From positions 1-64,000 of IMG/VR virus record IMGVR_UViG_3300009499_000148: a DNA stretch of 64,000 nucleotides; one strand, 5' to 3'. The DNA comes from a virus. The position numbers were made by a program, and so were the translations under genes. Below are positions 31,177-40,140 of the stretch, in pieces (the stretch's first letter is position 1; every line of letters starts with the position of its first letter). The notes under the pieces are model-generated. The model did no database searches and had not been told where the DNA came from. It saw only the letters and a program-made list of their open reading frames with translations.

Positions 31177-31553
31177 TTCGTCTGCGTGATTTCTGCATAC
31201 AACGCGTCGCTATCAATCTCATCATCCATCGTTGATGATGCATCGATGAGTTCAGCTAGCTTAAGGAGCTGGTCATTCGCCTTGTTCATTCGCTCAAGGT
31301 ACTGTGCGATTAATTTTCCATACGTGCCATGTGCTTCAGCTGAATTGAAAATCTTCGTATAAAGGTCAGTGAATAGCATGAATGCATGCACACGGTCTGC
31401 GTTGGCGTTCTCATATATCTCATGCCAGAGCTTCTTCGTTTCAACTGTAGCATATTCAATCTTGTTAAGAAGCTCAGAAAACTGTGCAGACTTAACATCA
31501 ACTGCAGCGACGACATCATCTGACATGTCATCTGGTATCGGTAATTGTGCCAT
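31173..31553 (-). CDS. Hypothetical helical protein
   Basis: Likely start ATG 31553 (MAQLPIP), 5 nt after ATATGTA. Helical segment YLERMNKANDQLLKLAEL. Confidence 0.6.
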   Translation of the reverse strand: MAQLPIPDDMSDDVVAAVDVKSAQFSELLNKIEYATVETKKLWHEIYENANADRVHAFMLFTDLYTKIFNSAEAHGTYGKLIAQYLERMNKANDQLLKLAELIDASSTMDDEIDSDALYAEITQTK

Positions 31554-31572
31554 CTTATTACATATCCAGCAA

Positions 31573-32334
31573 TCAGTAGATGCCGACGGTCTCATCACGA
31601 CGTAGGTCTCTATATGAGCGCTTAATTGAGCTAACGCACATCGTGAGTTGCTTTGCGTTAAGGCCACTTATCTCTCTCAGCTGAAAGAACACGGCTCGTT
31701 TGCTCAGCAGCAGGTCGGCTCCCGAACGCTCATCTGTGTCATGCACATCCTTGAACAACGTGATTATTGCATCGATGCACTTCAGCTCATTCTCTGATAC
31801 TGCACGTGCCCTTATCTCATCAAGCAGGCCATGCACTCGCATGACAAACTCAAGCATCTCAAGCTGGTCATCCTGCGGTGGAATGATGAAATGACTCTCA
31901 ATCGCATCCTTGTCTGCACGACTCAACATCTCATCATCCATCGACACATTTCTCTTTAATTTTGAGACACGTTGCTTCGAACGAATGATTAACCAATGCT
32001 TGGCGACGACGTTGAAGTATGAAAAAGCCTTGAAACCCTTCGTGGCATCATACTTGTGAATCGCCTCGTACAAAAACGTTATGCAATCATTCTTTAAATC
32101 ATCATACGTGTCATGGAGGCCCCTAAAACCGTGGATGAATATCAGGTTCTCAACGAGCTTATCGAACGCAGGGTATATCTCTGCAAGATACAGCTTCTCT
32201 CTTTCAGACCTATCTGTCATCGTTTGGTACGCGATGATTGCCGCCGTCGTTCCCTCATTGAAATACATGTTCGACTTACCACCAGGCTTTCTCCTGATGA
32301 TTTTCGACTTCTTTTTAACTGTCCTTAGCGTCAT
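31573..32334 (-). CDS. Phage RNA polymerase sigma factor (late, gp55-like role)
   Basis: Sigma region-2 pattern DDLKNDCITFLYEAIHKYDATKGFKAFSYFNVVAKHWLI and a C-terminal helical region. Confidence 0.75.
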   Translation of the reverse strand: MTLRTVKKKSKIIRRKPGGKSNMYFNEGTTAAIIAYQTMTDRSEREKLYLAEIYPAFDKLVENLIFIHGFRGLHDTYDDLKNDCITFLYEAIHKYDATKGFKAFSYFNVVAKHWLIIRSKQRVSKLKRNVSMDDEMLSRADKDAIESHFIIPPQDDQLEMLEFVMRVHGLLDEIRARAVSENELKCIDAIITLFKDVHDTDERSGADLLLSKRAVFFQLREISGLNAKQLTMCVSSIKRSYRDLRRDETVGIY

Positions 32335-32641
32335 CGACTTCCTCCGTAATGCCGCCGTATGGAGCAGCTAGCACATTCGAAACATACAATATCGAATCAC
32401 GAACATTTGCCATCTGTCGCACGACATGCTGTGCCTCAGGAGTATTGACTGCTATCGGTAGCTCAAGCACACCAACAACATGTCCATACGCACTATCACA
32501 TACATCAAGTGCCTCACTCAATGCATCCTCAAGCTCAATGATGATACGAGCATATCGCATAAGAACACGTATGCACATGATTAATGCAGCAAAAAGCACA
32601 ATGCTCATGATTGTCAAGAACGCAATCACAGCTTTTCCCAA
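32315..32641 (-). CDS. Small membrane-anchored protein
   Basis: N-terminal hydrophobic helix AVIAFLTIMSIVLFAALIMCI followed by a coiled segment. Confidence 0.6.
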   Translation of the reverse strand: MGKAVIAFLTIMSIVLFAALIMCIRVLMRYARIIIELEDALSEALDVCDSAYGHVVGVLELPIAVNTPEAQHVVRQMANVRDSILYVSNVLAAPYGGITEEVDDAKDS

Positions 32642-33813
32642 AGCTCATCATACATCTTCGAGATTGATGAGTGACTGAATCTATCTAGAACGATGGGTGA
32701 TAGCTCTTTTGCCCATTGCATCGGTATCGCGGGTCTCTCATAAAACTTAAGTAACCTTGACTTCGCGTCATGCTCACTTGGCTCAGCCCATCTAGAACCC
32801 TGCATGAATATTGCACGTGCAGCATCATTTGGACCGGGCCTGTCAATCCGAGTTGGTGGAAGCTCCTTAAGTTCAAAATCAACCTTGATGAAACGACCGA
32901 ATTTCATGAAATCTAGATGACCAGACCAGTTCGTGGCGATGACGGGTAGACCAGCCGCTGCGGCCTCTAGGATGGGAAGACCGTAGCCCTCACCACGCGT
33001 GAGCGTTAAGAACGCCTTAATCGAGTCATGATGATACAACGATGCCATCTCATCATCTGTCAGCATTCCATGCACAAGGCTGACACGTGGATATGGGCCC
33101 TTTCTGACCTGATTTAGCACACCCCTCAGCGTGTCAACAGTGACCCTACGGTCAATCTTCGTTTCACGCCCAGAGTTCGTCTTGATGATGAGACCGACAT
33201 CTGGATTATCCTTGAACGTCTCACAAAACCACTTCAACGTGTTAAAGATGTTCTTTCTATCACCCTCGACAGACCTCGACGTGAGCTGACCAACAAGCAA
33301 AAAATTGAACTTTGTTTCAAATTCAAACGATGACGGCTTAATTGAGTCAGCATCAAGCAGTGTGTCGATGAATGACTCCGGTATCACATGCAATGAATCG
33401 GGTCGATTGATGATACCCGTCTTTTCAATGACGCCACGTGTGAAAGTAGATGGCACAATCACATGCTCCATGGAATTGATGGCACCCAACCACGCAGGAT
33501 TGCATGTCGTCGTCTCAACAATCGCTGAAACACCGATGTTCGTCTTTGCAATACCGGGCGTCCACTCATTCGGAAGCTGCACCTGAAACGAGACATCGAA
33601 CGGGCCCTTGTCGTCCCTTGACCTATCAATCATTTGTCCAATGAGACCACCGCATGCTTCACGGTCTAGGTACCATGGCGTGATGCCCCATGGAGTGGGA
33701 TGTATCGTGAGCTCAACATCTGGCCTAGAAAGCAACCATCTAGCTATCTGACGCGTATGTACGCCATATCCCGATGAGCTCAGGGCCGGGCCACGCAATA
33801 ATACTTTTTTCAT
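32626..33813 (-). CDS. Glycosyltransferase, GT4 (GT-B)
   Basis: SSSGYGVHTR, RKNI and TRGEGYGLPILEAAAAGLPVIATNWSGHLDF. Start corrected to ATG 33813 with SD GGAGGAG. Confidence 0.92.
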   Translation of the reverse strand: MKKVLLRGPALSSSGYGVHTRQIARWLLSRPDVELTIHPTPWGITPWYLDREACGGLIGQMIDRSRDDKGPFDVSFQVQLPNEWTPGIAKTNIGVSAIVETTTCNPAWLGAINSMEHVIVPSTFTRGVIEKTGIINRPDSLHVIPESFIDTLLDADSIKPSSFEFETKFNFLLVGQLTSRSVEGDRKNIFNTLKWFCETFKDNPDVGLIIKTNSGRETKIDRRVTVDTLRGVLNQVRKGPYPRVSLVHGMLTDDEMASLYHHDSIKAFLTLTRGEGYGLPILEAAAAGLPVIATNWSGHLDFMKFGRFIKVDFELKELPPTRIDRPGPNDAARAIFMQGSRWAEPSEHDAKSRLLKFYERPAIPMQWAKELSPIVLDRFSHSSISKMYDELWEKL

Positions 33814-33850
33814 CTCTCCTCCATATATTACAATACTCAACAACTGTCTG

Positions 33851-36325
33851 TCACAGTTTCACAATCTCAACAGGACGATAGATGCTAGCTTTATTGCTCT
33901 TCCACGTTTCAATCGTCGTCGAAAGCGTCGTGTGCCAATCAGCGACCGTCTTTGAGAGACTAAACTCAGACAACACATACTGTCTGGCCTTCTCTCCAAG
34001 ACGTTCTCTTTCTTCATTACCCATGTCAAACATCTTAAGAAGAGCATCTGCGATTGTCTGGTTTGAACAGTAATCCTCGTAGATGTACGGACACAGCTGG
34101 CTTCCAACAAGAGTTTGCACCTCAACAGGAAGCGCGATACCATTCTCAGAACCATCACGATGGTCGACCACCTGACGTGTGAGGCCTCCCGTCTTTAATG
34201 CAATGATTGGTGTGCCGCACTGCATCGCCTCAAGTGTGCCTAAACCGAAGCCCTCATTACAGTTATGCGCTAAACATGTCTTAGTGGCATAAGAGTTATC
34301 TTTTTCAACTTCAAGATTAAACACCTTACATTCTACATCATCAACGTCAATCTCAAAAATACGTGCAATAATCAAGTTACCAACATTCCATGTTCGACAT
34401 GAACCATTCGAGCCCTCGGCATGTCGTCTATCACGCCACTCAATAGTCCAAATGCGTCCATTCTTGTTGTATCCATGACTATTATCATCATCATGTATCT
34501 GAGGACAATAGCCCAATGAAACAAGAAGTTGTTTCATATCAACCGCTAGACCATTTGAAATTGTTCTAACACGATTGACATACGTTGCATGTTGTTTATG
34601 AAACAGAACGCAACCGTCTCCTGCTTGATAGCCAGCTAAAAATGCCCTTTTGATGCTTTCATTTGATGAAAGAATTGCTCTTGGAATTCTTTTACCCTCA
34701 GAATATTCACCACAAACGTCTGTTATAAACGCTGAGTATACTGCTGGGTTCTTAAGATTTACTTCTAAGTGTCTGTCAAATTCTTTGATATAAGCAGTCT
34801 GTCCAAACACTCTTTCATACTTTTGGCGTAGCGTTTCTGCTAAATCAGCATCAAGCTTATTAAATGACACACTCATTGAATGAGTTGAACCATCAGCTAT
34901 CCATTCACCGAGAACATACGCGAAATCTTCATCAAGCTTGATATTTTCATGAGCAGCAAACTCGTCTATGCTCAATGCACAGTTATATTTAATTTTGCCA
35001 TTTTCACATCTGTATTTCATACGTGTTTTATTAAAATGCTCAAAACTTTCATCTTTAACTGAGTCCCAAACATTAAACTCATACGCATTAACACTGTCTA
35101 TTTTTTCGACACAATCTACGACATAGTCACCAACGCAAACATCAGACACCCTAATCCACTCAGCATGCTCAATCATGCTTTTTATATTTCTGCCAGGTAA
35201 TGAATTTGCGTGCTCACGCCTAATGACACGAATCGGATGTTCTTCTGTCATAGATAGTGTATCTGCATTTGACACATGTATCGTGTATAGTTTTCCAGAA
35301 TACTGTCTTTCATATTTTCGAACGACGGGCATGTATCTTCCCATATGCGTCAACACACTGTCGCCCGGTTCAATTGTTTCAATATCTTGGAATCCTTTTT
35401 CTGAAACAACTTTTGTTTTTGCAGGAAAACAGCTTATATTCACGACAACGTCAGAGATGTTATGCATCACCGCAACGTCTTCAAACAGAATTCTGTCCTT
35501 CGAAAAAATGACATCATTCTGTATCCCCAGCATCTCTGATGTTGCTACGAGGTTCGAGCCTGCCTGGTCGAATGGGTCCGTATGCATCAGAAGCGTCGCC
35601 TTTCTATGTCCGTGCTTCTTCTCAAGCATGTCCATGAACAGCTTCCATGCCTCGAGGAGGTCATTCGACCTCTTTCTCTTTGCATTTCTGTTTATCCAAA
35701 ATGACACGAAGTGGTCTTGGCGGTCAGGAGGAAGGAGACGCTTCTTAAAATCAGCCACGACGGTCGGCGAAAGTGGATGGAATATCTCCTGTGGGACAGC
35801 ATGAGGAATAAAATTAGTCTTCTCAGGAAAGTGTTCATGCACCATCTTATACGTGAGGTATGAATGACAATTGATGAGGTCTGTGCTTTCATACAGCACA
35901 CGATTGAACTCAGGCCACGGTAAGTTATCCCATACATGCCAATAAACTATCGGACATACCTGGTGTATCTCCTCTTCCATCTCCCATAGCCAAATGAAGA
36001 AGCGAGGGTCAGTAAAAATGAACAAGGCGTCTGGTTTTTCTGTCGCTAGGACCTGCCTCATCATGTTTGTGTCACCGAACCCGTCGATGGGTTTGATGAT
36101 GAAATCACCCGGCTCCCATGCAGCGCTCGTCGGTGGAACAGAGACCGTCTTATAGTCAGCGTGTTTGACAGCAGCGCCAAAACACTTGATGCGATACTCA
36201 CCCGTGTCTAGAAGTCCTGTTAGGAGGTATCGTGCCTGTGTACCAACTCCACTGGTTGATAAAGGATGGTCACAGAGCACCAATATCGTCTTCTTTTTTT
36301 TCTCAACAATTTTTACATTTTCCAT
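33851..36325 (-). CDS. Glycosyltransferase, GT4, interrupted by an intein (434 aa after splicing)
   Basis: DHPLSTSGVGTQAR and NRNAKRKR. Spliced junction VVNIS|CNEGFGLGTLEAMQCGTPIIA restores the EGFG..LEA motif. Confidence 0.92.
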   Translation of the reverse strand: MENVKIVEKKKKTILVLCDHPLSTSGVGTQARYLLTGLLDTGEYRIKCFGAAVKHADYKTVSVPPTSAAWEPGDFIIKPIDGFGDTNMMRQVLATEKPDALFIFTDPRFFIWLWEMEEEIHQVCPIVYWHVWDNLPWPEFNRVLYESTDLINCHSYLTYKMVHEHFPEKTNFIPHAVPQEIFHPLSPTVVADFKKRLLPPDRQDHFVSFWINRNAKRKRSNDLLEAWKLFMDMLEKKHGHRKATLLMHTDPFDQAGSNLVATSEMLGIQNDVIFSKDRILFEDVAVMHNISDVVVNISCFPAKTKVVSEKGFQDIETIEPGDSVLTHMGRYMPVVRKYERQYSGKLYTIHVSNADTLSMTEEHPIRVIRREHANSLPGRNIKSMIEHAEWIRVSDVCVGDYVVDCVEKIDSVNAYEFNVWDSVKDESFEHFNKTRMKYRCENGKIKYNCALSIDEFAAHENIKLDEDFAYVLGEWIADGSTHSMSVSFNKLDADLAETLRQKYERVFGQTAYIKEFDRHLEVNLKNPAVYSAFITDVCGEYSEGKRIPRAILSSNESIKRAFLAGYQAGDGCVLFHKQHATYVNRVRTISNGLAVDMKQLLVSLGYCPQIHDDDNSHGYNKNGRIWTIEWRDRRHAEGSNGSCRTWNVGNLIIARIFEIDVDDVECKVFNLEVEKDNSYATKTCLAHNCNEGFGLGTLEAMQCGTPIIALKTGGLTRQVVDHRDGSENGIALPVEVQTLVGSQLCPYIYEDYCSNQTIADALLKMFDMGNEERERLGEKARQYVLSEFSLSKTVADWHTTLSTTIETWKSNKASIYRPVEIVKL
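34262..35431 (-). mobile_element. Intein (390 aa) with LAGLIDADG homing endonuclease
   Basis: Block A CFPAKTKV, block B MTEEHPI, LAGLIDADG motifs AYVLGEWIADG and AFLAGYQAGDG, and blocks F/G VFNLEVEKDNSY..LAHN followed by +1 Cys. Confidence 0.93.
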
Positions 36326-37296
36326 TAAAGAACTCCTAACTCCTTCAGCTCATGTTCGCGAATTATGACGATATTAACGCTTTCATTACTTCGTCTAATG
36401 CATTCAAATTTTTCAAGTGAATGACTCAACACAAACTCGTTTTTTGTATCTACGAATGAATCACGACCCTTCCAATTTTTCACAAAAAAGTCAGGAAAAT
36501 ATAGGCGCTGTTTGCCTTTTGTGTCGAACCACACCAGGGGCTTCGGATGTGTCTCAAACACATACCCATTAGCATCCAAAAATTTTATGAACCCGAGTTC
36601 CCATGTGCCCTGAACATGGTTCGACCGGCCCAAAGAGTCGATGTAATCATACCACCTAACGTTCGTAAAAATTACATTATTAAAGTCGCCTCTTTCCCAC
36701 GCTTGCTGCACTGATATCGATAAAGCCGTTCGCGTCTTTGGGCTGTGCTTTTTACCGTAATACGGATTTCCCGGGCCACGGTATGACGCATTTTGACATG
36801 TTGAACCACAAAATTTTGCGCTTTTTCTGCTCTTAATAACGCTAAATGTAACACCACACTGCCTGCATACATTTTGTACTCTTTTATGGGAGCGATGCTC
36901 ATATGAACATTCACGTGAGCAATACGTTCGATTCAAAAGCTTTCTAGATGTAAAGTCATTTTTGCATGTAAGACACTGCTTCTTCTCATATGCTTCACTC
37001 TTACGAAGGCCATTGATTGACTCTCTAGCGCAACCGTCGTAGCAATGCTTGCGTGCTCTATCAATGTAGGAAGCAATAAACGTTTTACCACATGATGTAC
37101 AGTCAATGCTAACATCAGGATGCTTTTTGATGTGCAATTTTGTCGCACATGATTTGCTGCACGTTGAACGTAAAGCATCTTTCAAACGTTTTCTTACAAC
37201 GCTAAAATCAACAGCACATACATCACAACGCATGTGCATTATGACACGAGTTCTCTTTGGACCAATGTGCTCTAGGCTTTCGCTCAATAAAACCAT
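36325..37296 (-). CDS. Putative homing endonuclease: 4 zinc-finger repeats, NUMOD3 and PD-(D/E)XK nuclease
   Basis: CDVC..TCSKSC, CTSC..HCYDGC, CLTC..YCSREC, CRQC..FCGSTC. GNPYYGKKHS. VQGTWE..YFPDF..FVDTK. Confidence 0.8.
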   Translation of the reverse strand: MVLLSESLEHIGPKRTRVIMHMRCDVCAVDFSVVRKRLKDALRSTCSKSCATKLHIKKHPDVSIDCTSCGKTFIASYIDRARKHCYDGCARESINGLRKSEAYEKKQCLTCKNDFTSRKLLNRTYCSRECSYEHRSHKRVQNVCRQCGVTFSVIKSRKSAKFCGSTCQNASYRGPGNPYYGKKHSPKTRTALSISVQQAWERGDFNNVIFTNVRWYDYIDSLGRSNHVQGTWELGFIKFLDANGYVFETHPKPLVWFDTKGKQRLYFPDFFVKNWKGRDSFVDTKNEFVLSHSLEKFECIRRSNESVNIVIIREHELKELGVL

Positions 37297-37385
37297 CGTA
37301 TATTATGCTAGTGTCGCATTCACGCACGTATCAGTGATACGAGCATTATGCTTCATGACACCGTCGATTCTTAAAATCACAACAT

Positions 37386-37415
37386 ATTATACATGATGCA
37401 TCACAACACAATCAA
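37386..37415 (-). promoter_or_regulatory. Sigma70-like promoter
   Basis: Minus strand reads TTGATT-18 nt-TATAAT upstream of the 36325-37296 gene. Confidence 0.45.
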
Positions 37416-37867
37416 CGATTGTCGCATGTCACGGTCTCATATGCATCAAGACCCATGACGACATCATCAACCACAAGCACAGGCATCAGTCTTGTGGTGC
37501 CATCAACAGTCAATACTCTTATGAACGACACGAGCCTAGCATCAATCACGTCTCTCGTGGTAAATTTCGACACAGAAGATGAATGATTAAGCTCTTTAAG
37601 CTCAGCATCAGATAGTTGCATGTACATGATGCTGACTACATTTGTCTCGTTATCAACGACAGTCACATACACTGTAGCAGTATTATGCAACATGCTATCA
37701 TAAATTAGTGTCTTTCTATATGCATCAAATACCGACAGTCCATACTCAGCGTACAACTGCGACTTGCATATACGTTCAAGACACATCACACTCTCAGCAT
37801 GATTATGCTTTGATACAAGGAGTGTTCCAACAGCTGGCATATGCACGTTATCAGGCATCGATGACAT
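37412..37867 (-). CDS. Hypothetical protein (GTLL motif)
   Basis: Likely start is ATG 37867 or 37858. N-terminal MPAVGTLLVSK. Confidence 0.55.
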   Translation of the reverse strand: MSSMPDNVHMPAVGTLLVSKHNHAESVMCLERICKSQLYAEYGLSVFDAYRKTLIYDSMLHNTATVYVTVVDNETNVVSIMYMQLSDAELKELNHSSSVSKFTTRDVIDARLVSFIRVLTVDGTTRLMPVLVVDDVVMGLDAYETVTCDNR

Positions 37868-38366
37868 CAAACATCGGACAGTACATGATATCACCGACAA
37901 CGACAGCTGGTATCGACAACAACTCACCCGCCCGTGATAGCAAGGTCACGATGCTGATGGCATCATCTGGAATCCGAAACCCATGATGATAAGCATCGAA
38001 TGTTGCAACTGTTGAAGTCGTTGCTGAGACTGACTGTCTTGGGCTGAACTGATACAGTAATGCTGCTGCATCATCATCATGAAGCACGTACTCACGCATC
38101 CATTTTTGACGACCAACGTTGTATGAAGCTATGATATGAACGCTGAATGCAAGTGAATTAGCGCTATATGAGGATTTAAGCACTCTTATGTTTATGTCAT
38201 ACATCTCGTTCGATGTGGGCGCCATTGGCTTCGTGATAAGCGTTCCATCAAGTGTTTGTGTGCATATCAAATCATTGTGATGACGATCGATACTGATGAG
38301 CATTAAAACATCTGCGTCGTTACGAAACGAAACAAGTGAGCCATTCTTTGGAATTGTGAAGCTCAC
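37851..38366 (-). CDS. Hypothetical protein
   Basis: 171 aa with ATGA overlap to the exonuclease gene. N-terminal IPKNGSLVSF. Confidence 0.55.
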   Translation of the reverse strand: MSFTIPKNGSLVSFRNDADVLMLISIDRHHNDLICTQTLDGTLITKPMAPTSNEMYDINIRVLKSSYSANSLAFSVHIIASYNVGRQKWMREYVLHDDDAAALLYQFSPRQSVSATTSTVATFDAYHHGFRIPDDAISIVTLLSRAGELLSIPAVVVGDIMYCPMFDVIDA

Positions 38367-39235
38367 TCTATCTCCTGTGGAGCAACAGGTGTCGATGGTC
38401 TGACACCATCAGGACACAGCTCTGTGCCAGCAAACTCACAGAACTTACATGCCTCCCTGTTCTTAAGGAACCATCCCTTCTTGACAGCACGGACGTGGTT
38501 GTCGATGATTCTCATGCCCCGTGCAACAGGAGATGGACCTGCAGAGACCCTGATGAATTGGACTGAGCTTCCAACCTTGCCATCACGCTTTAAAAGCCCG
38601 AAGGCACACCTGACATCACGTGTGTTGATATCATGCTTCTTGCACCAAAAATTCTTATACAGTAAGAGTTGTAGCTGAACGTTGAAGTCGTTCTGTTTCT
38701 CACGCGACCAACCCCATCCACAGGTCTTCCAGTCTATCATCCAATACTTCTTACGGCCCCTCTTATCTCTAACGACGATGATTGCGTCGATGAAGCCCTT
38801 GAAGCTGATTTGTTGGTTTTCAATTGCCTCGTAGAGAGGCTCCTCTGCTGCATAACACTCCCATCCGGGAAACGTCTCATCAAGGTATGCAGGAACATCA
38901 TCGCAGATGCGACTCACCATCCCAATCCAATCATCGACACACCCAAACCCATGCGGAGCCCACGACGGGAATGGTCCCTTCGTGAAGAGCTCCTCGTTGT
39001 TTTTCCAATCCTCGCGGATGATATCAATCGCAATCTGTTTATTCATCACACGCGTCTTGATGTAATTCTCAGTCGATGCATGGATTGCTGTGCCAAACCC
39101 GAGATGTGGTGTTGGAACGAACACACCCTTCTTCTCGATATGAATCAAACGATGACGCCACGGACACTTCAACCAATCTCCAAGCTCAGAAAATGAGATG
39201 TGTTTCTTTCCTGTCGGCCACGCAAAATCAGACAT
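38363..39235 (-). CDS. PD-(D/E)XK exonuclease, Cas4/AddB-like with Fe-S cysteines
   Basis: HISFSEL..WLKCPWR, FGTAIH, FKGFIDAI, MIDWKT, QLLLY and CKFCEF....C. Start at ATG 39235, preceded by TGATATTAT plus 5 nt. Confidence 0.88.
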   Translation of the reverse strand: MSDFAWPTGKKHISFSELGDWLKCPWRHRLIHIEKKGVFVPTPHLGFGTAIHASTENYIKTRVMNKQIAIDIIREDWKNNEELFTKGPFPSWAPHGFGCVDDWIGMVSRICDDVPAYLDETFPGWECYAAEEPLYEAIENQQISFKGFIDAIIVVRDKRGRKKYWMIDWKTCGWGWSREKQNDFNVQLQLLLYKNFWCKKHDINTRDVRCAFGLLKRDGKVGSSVQFIRVSAGPSPVARGMRIIDNHVRAVKKGWFLKNREACKFCEFAGTELCPDGVRPSTPVAPQEIE

Positions 39236-39286
39236 ATATAATAATATCAACGCTTTGCATCATCGTTCATGATGCTACCCTTCGCA

Positions 39287-39553
39287 TCAGTCGTCGTTGT
39301 AGCCACTACCCGCGCATGCGCCACACGGAGGTGAGCCAGCGCTGTCATAGTAACCAGACCCGTTGCATGCAACACATCTCGACCCGATGCTATCAGCATC
39401 GAGACGTCGTAACAGCTCTTCACGAACAGACATGATGCGCTTCCTGTTATCCATCTCATTGCCTATCGATGATTCGCTTTCGAGCAAATCGACTAGCTCA
39501 ACAGTCGTCAATCCTTTCAAATATGTTCTGTTGTGTGGTAAATCACCGTTCAT
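39287..39553 (-). CDS. Small protein with DnaJ-type zinc finger
   Basis: CVACNGSG...CGACAGSG. Confidence 0.6.
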   Translation of the reverse strand: MNGDLPHNRTYLKGLTTVELVDLLESESSIGNEMDNRKRIMSVREELLRRLDADSIGSRCVACNGSGYYDSAGSPPCGACAGSGYNDD

Positions 39554-39558
39554 GATAC

Positions 39559-40137
39559 TCACCCGTCCTTCAGCATCAACGTATCGATGCATTCACATAT
39601 GATGTGCTCAACAGCCAACATCCTCTCCTGGATGATTGCTGTCGTTGAGCCGCCGACAGCAATAGCGACATCAGACAGTTTCTCAAGCCTCGTGTCTTTC
39701 CCACCCACAAGCCCAATCGTCTTCAGGGCCCTCTCTCTAGCATACTCCATTGCATTGAGGATGCTCTTGGATGAACCCGATGTGCTGATACCAAGGATGA
39801 CATCATCAGGATTACACAGCGCTTCTAGCTGTCTCCTAAAGACATAGTCGTACTCCCAATCATTGGCAATCGCAGTAAGCGCTGATGTGTCTGTTGTGAG
39901 CGCGATGGCAGGAAGACCCTCCCTATCACGTCTGAAGCGACCAACGAGCTCAGCCGCCATGTGCTGTGAGTCAGCGGCGGAGCCGCCATTACCACATATG
40001 AATAAGCGACCACCCCTGTTGAAAGCTGAAACAATCAGACATGCTGCATCACAAATCTCTGGAGCAACATCATGAAGCGCGGGCCGGAAGCCACGCCTAT
40101 CATCAATGAGCTCATGTATGTCTTTAAGAAGCTTCAT
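39559..40137 (-). CDS. gmhA: Phosphoheptose (sedoheptulose-7-phosphate) isomerase, SIS domain
   Basis: ICGNGGSAADSQHMAAELVGRF, ALTTDTSALTAIAND, VF.RQLEAL, GISTSGSS and IQE..HIIC. Confidence 0.92.
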   Translation of the reverse strand: MKLLKDIHELIDDRRGFRPALHDVAPEICDAACLIVSAFNRGGRLFICGNGGSAADSQHMAAELVGRFRRDREGLPAIALTTDTSALTAIANDWEYDYVFRRQLEALCNPDDVILGISTSGSSKSILNAMEYARERALKTIGLVGGKDTRLEKLSDVAIAVGGSTTAIIQERMLAVEHIICECIDTLMLKDG

Positions 40138-40140
40138 TTC

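Noticed and set aside
38363-39235. Cas4-like nuclease as part of a CRISPR system
   Set aside because: No cas1/cas2 and no repeat-spacer array is visible in the window. Solo Cas4/AddB-like exonucleases are common in phages.
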